Below, one piece after another: positions 60,575-64,000 of a stretch of DNA of 64,000 nt. The stretch's first letter is position 1. Every line of letters starts with the position of its first letter. The notes below the pieces were generated by a model, which did not search any database, was not told where the DNA came from, and saw only the letters and a list, made by a program, of their open reading frames with translations. The stretch comes from Candidatus Latescibacterota bacterium (GTDB lineage: Bacteria; Latescibacterota; UBA2968; GCA-2709665): NCBI GenBank assembly GCA_963667175.2, contig CAXXXF010000003.1:416001-480000 (forward strand). The letters run 5' to 3'. The position numbers and the translations under genes were made by a program.

Positions 60575-61571
60575 TCAAAATTCCCCGAGCAATTCCTGAC
60601 GTTCGTCGCCTTCGCCAATAATCAGGCTGATGTCCCATTCGTATTGGCCGTTGGCCGGCGCCACGCCGCAGGCTTTCAATCCCCACGCGGTATCCAGGCG
60701 ATCGACCTGCGAAGTGGAGGGCTCCAGCGCCGCGTGGTGGAGGTTGTTCCATCCGCCTTCGTTTATCCACAAGCCCAGATGCGAGAGCTTTTTGGCCGGA
60801 AACAGGAAACCGATAAATTCCCCGTTCGGATAAACCAGCGCGCAGCGGCCCTGCTCCAGTCGCGTGGAAAAAAGCTTCTCGGCCTCTTTCGTACGACTGG
60901 ACCGGATCGAGGACCGGTTATATTCCTTGTCCAGGGTCAGATCCGTTACTTTGGGCCAGACATGCGGTGTCATTGGCGGCCCGAGACGGTCTTCCGTACT
61001 CATATAGGAGACAACGTCGGTTCCGGAAGGCATCAGGACGCGCGAGCGGGTTTCCACCCTGAACAGCGGGTGGAACGCATAGACGAACGGCATTTCAAAC
61101 GGGCTTTCATTCTGAACAGTGTAAGAAAACCGAATATACGGCTTTTCGCCGCGCGCCAGCGTTTCGAAGCGGACCTCGCGTTTAAACACGTAGGGAAGCC
61201 GCACGCCTCTCACCCACATCTGCAGGCGTCCCTGTTTGACTTCGTACTCCCATGGAAGCGTCCATACCTCTCCATGGTCCGGAACCGGCGTACCCCTCCC
61301 AGGGAAAAGCCGGATATGGACAGGCTTCGACGGTGGGGAAACACTCGTCCGCGCCGTCGCGTTCGTAATTCTCAAAGCGGTCCGCGTAGGCCCGGCGTCT
61401 GTAAGGTATGCTGGTGCGTGAAAGAAACTCACGTCCGGTTGCCTTATTGACGAGTGAGGTTATCTTGCCACCCAGTTCGGGTACGACAACGAGGGAGAAG
61501 AATTCGGTGTCCAGCTTTATTCCCGAAATTTCCGGCGTGAGCTCCACTTCTTCCAGCTTGAATTTATTCAT
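60575..61571 (-). CDS. Galactose mutarotase-like protein, split by a one-base frameshift
   Basis: VVPELGGKITSL...DGADECFPTV...PWEG in one frame continues as TPVPDHGEVW...YAFHPLF...LEP in another; break at a G run (plus strand CCCC 61293-61296). Confidence 0.75.
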
Positions 61572-61676
61572 GCTGTCGTATCCTTTTCTTCGCATTAAGG
61601 ACCGAACGGCCGGAGGTCATTCTCGGGGACACGTTGGTTTGACGCACTGCGCAGCGAACCTGTTCCACGAATCCTC

Positions 61677-62642
61677 CTACGGAGGTCGTACGGGAATCCT
61701 CTGGTGAACCAGACGGCCGATCTGTGCAACTCCGAGCAAATCGAAATATTCCCGATCGTCGTCTCGTGGGCGAAAGGGAACGTATTCCAGCATCCGCGCC
61801 AGTACGCTGTTCTGCCTGGCGACTTCCTCCGGTATGGGAATGTTGAGCCGCCCCATCACGGTCTTCAACCGTACCCTTCCTTTACGTATCCATCCGCCGT
61901 CGTACGTGACGTCGAGCGACCCTTGCGCCGTGCGGATGATCGGGACCGGATGCTCGGCCAGTTTCAGGTCTCGCAGTGAGGTCTCGTATACTGCAATCTT
62001 GTAGGCATTCGGGCTCCCATGCTCGTCGTATCCGTCCGGATAGAGCGGTTCCTCGGCCACCATGGGTCCCAGTCCGGCGTAGAGTCTCTCTGTGCCAAGC
62101 GCAGTCGCTTCCAGACTGTAGATCGATTCCCTGCTCTCCACGTGGAAGACTTCCACGCGGAGATTCAGATGCATCCCCTCGAACGGAGAAGACCAGCTGA
62201 AGCCGTCGAAATCGCCGATCCGGTGGCTGCGTTTTATATAGTAGTGCGCCACACACACGGCATCCACGTTCCGGGCCCGGTCGATCACTTCTCGGAGTTG
62301 CAATCCGTTCCAGCCGCCCTGGTGTCTTACCTGGTATCCTCTGGCTTGAAGCGCGGCGCGGATCCCTTCGTAGAGCCGGAGTTCGTACCTGGGCGGCATC
62401 CGAAACGGGTCCCCCTGCAACTGGCGGCTGAATCCCAACACGACTCTCCCGGCGTACCGGAGCCCGAGGTTCGGATCCCGGTCCGACGCCAATACAATGA
62501 GGCCAATCCGTTCGGGCCGATAGCGCGCAAAGGCCGCCGCCGCCGAACTCGCGCCTTCGGCGAAAGCCTCCTTCCTTACTTCTGCAGGCTCGCAAGGCGC
62601 CGCCACGATACACGATAACCCGAACAGAATCAAAAAACGCAC
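61677..62642 (-). CDS. Secreted hypothetical protein
   Basis: 321-aa ORF with signal-peptide-like N-terminus, co-oriented with its neighbours. Confidence 0.6.
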   Translation of the reverse strand: MRFLILFGLSCIVAAPCEPAEVRKEAFAEGASSAAAAFARYRPERIGLIVLASDRDPNLGLRYAGRVVLGFSRQLQGDPFRMPPRYELRLYEGIRAALQARGYQVRHQGGWNGLQLREVIDRARNVDAVCVAHYYIKRSHRIGDFDGFSWSSPFEGMHLNLRVEVFHVESRESIYSLEATALGTERLYAGLGPMVAEEPLYPDGYDEHGSPNAYKIAVYETSLRDLKLAEHPVPIIRTAQGSLDVTYDGGWIRKGRVRLKTVMGRLNIPIPEEVARQNSVLARMLEYVPFRPRDDDREYFDLLGVAQIGRLVHQRIPVRPP

Positions 62643-62656
62643 ACACGCCCCCGGTT

Positions 62657-63980
62657 TCAGTTGTTGTGCTTCAGGCCATCCAGCAATTCGAGCGTCGCGG
62701 ATTTGATCAATCGTTCGCAGGCCGGCGTTATCATCAAGGTGCCGTAATATCGAAACGCGTGGTCAACCTCGTACCCGCCCTCCGGAAACGCCCCCGCCGT
62801 CGGCACGTATCCGATGCATCCGTTGCTGTACGCCAGCGTAAACGTCTTTTCGAACGGCGACGCCCGATCCATTTCCAGCTGATAGTCCACGAACATCTCG
62901 CCCGGATAAGCCACGAGCGCCGCCTCGCCGATGCGCATCGCCTGAATCTCGAACGCTTCCGGGCGGGGACGCCGGTTCCGGGCGGCGCGCAGATAGTCTT
63001 CCGCCCACTGGATCTGGCCGCGGTACTGACGAATGAGATAGTCGGTTGCGTCGGGGTCCTGCTCTGCCTGCCTTACCCGTGTCTTCTGCTCCTCGAGCGC
63101 GCGTTCCGCCTCGTCTGCCGGGGGAATTCTCGTGGGCAGATGGATCACCTGGCTGGCTGCCTCCAGTCGATTCGACCGCAACGCTTCGGAGCCCCGGGCA
63201 GCGGCGACGGCTGCCTCGCCCAGCAGTTCGCCTTGCCGCATGGACGTCCGCAACGTGCCGTCCATCGGCGTACAGTTGATGTCGCCGCAACAGCCCTGCG
63301 CAAACATTGGCAGCGCGCCGTCCAATTCACGACGGATCGTCCGCGCCGCATATCCCGGAAATTCCGCGCTGAATGCCAGGCCCCGCAGGTTGACGGGATG
63401 GGCCGCCGTCGCATATAGAAGCCCGAGTGCGGATTCCCGACCGGCGGTCGATGCGCAGCACGTCCACCCAGGGGGCTTCGGGGCCCTCCGGGTTGTGTCC
63501 GATTGTCATGCGGCCCGTCTCGTACGGCGCGGCGGTTATGGGCGATTCCTGACGGGAGCGCGTCCAATTCGTAGCGAAACGGCTTCAAGCCGGTCCGCAG
63601 CCATCCGGACGGCGCCTGCCACCTGCCGGCAAAGCACGTCTTCGTATGCACTGTCACGCAGGCCCATGCTGCGAAACGACATCACCGTGGGGCCGGAATG
63701 AGAGTGCGATCCGTTCAACAACAGGGCAGAACCGGGGTACTCTCGCCCCGCGACCGACCAGAATCCGTATCCGCTGAACGAGGTCGGGCGCAAACGAAAT
63801 CAGATCCGACGTTACGATCGCCAGCCGCGTCCGGCCGTCGTCGAGTACCAGCGCGCGTGCGAACAGGTCGTCGTAAACCGTTTCTGCCGGTCCTGCCCGG
63901 TTTCCGAATCCGCACAGTGACATGCCGATTGGCGGCGTAACGTTGACCTCGGCAACGCCGGCCTTCAGTTCGTCCGCCAC
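62657..63980 (-). CDS. Neutral/alkaline ceramidase-like protein, multiply frameshifted
   Basis: GVAEVNVTPP.G..LCGFG.R, DDLFARALVL, SHSHSGP, HNRR, AHPV, SAEFPG, QGCCGDIN, PGEMF, GYVPT...GGYE spread over several frames; GGAGG RBS before GTG 63980. Confidence 0.75.
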
Positions 63981-64000
63981 GGGAACCTCCCAACCCGATC

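Overview
GC-rich bacterial chromosomal segment. The gene style (internalin-like LRR lipoprotein, dockerin/EF-hand-tagged secreted protein, FGE-sulfatase and HEAT proteins) suggests a Latescibacterota/Gemmatimonadota-like, possibly host-associated organism; this is inference only. 1-19.2 kb is an almost entirely + strand run of small accessory/detoxification enzymes (HAD, GNATs, amidohydrolase, RidA, AAC(3), dcd plus three NUDIX, creatininase, S9 peptidase, APH-like kinases, RelE/HTH toxin-antitoxin, SDR, nitrilase, methyltransferase), interspersed with MITEs, REP-like palindromes and toxin-antitoxin debris. 19.6-28.7 kb holds a sigma54 regulator with its own -24/-12 promoter, an LRR protein, a decayed two-component pair and an ABC-2 exporter with a leader-peptide/terminator attenuator. 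29-50.5 kb is core (pgl-like, SPOR, MltD-like, mreD-mrdA-rodA, dnaE, aroA, M48, LD-carboxypeptidase, MurC/Mpl-like, fused glyQS, rsmD). The best new signal is a 92-codon gene at 50611-50889, missed by the ORF track, that resembles DUF5069 and has an in-frame UGA at the family's Cys position followed by a SECIS-like hairpin: a candidate unannotated selenoprotein. 51-64 kb has an Fe(III)-type ABC importer, several secreted proteins and two frameshifted genes near the window end (probably sequencing errors). No rRNA, tRNA, CRISPR array or intact transposase was seen.
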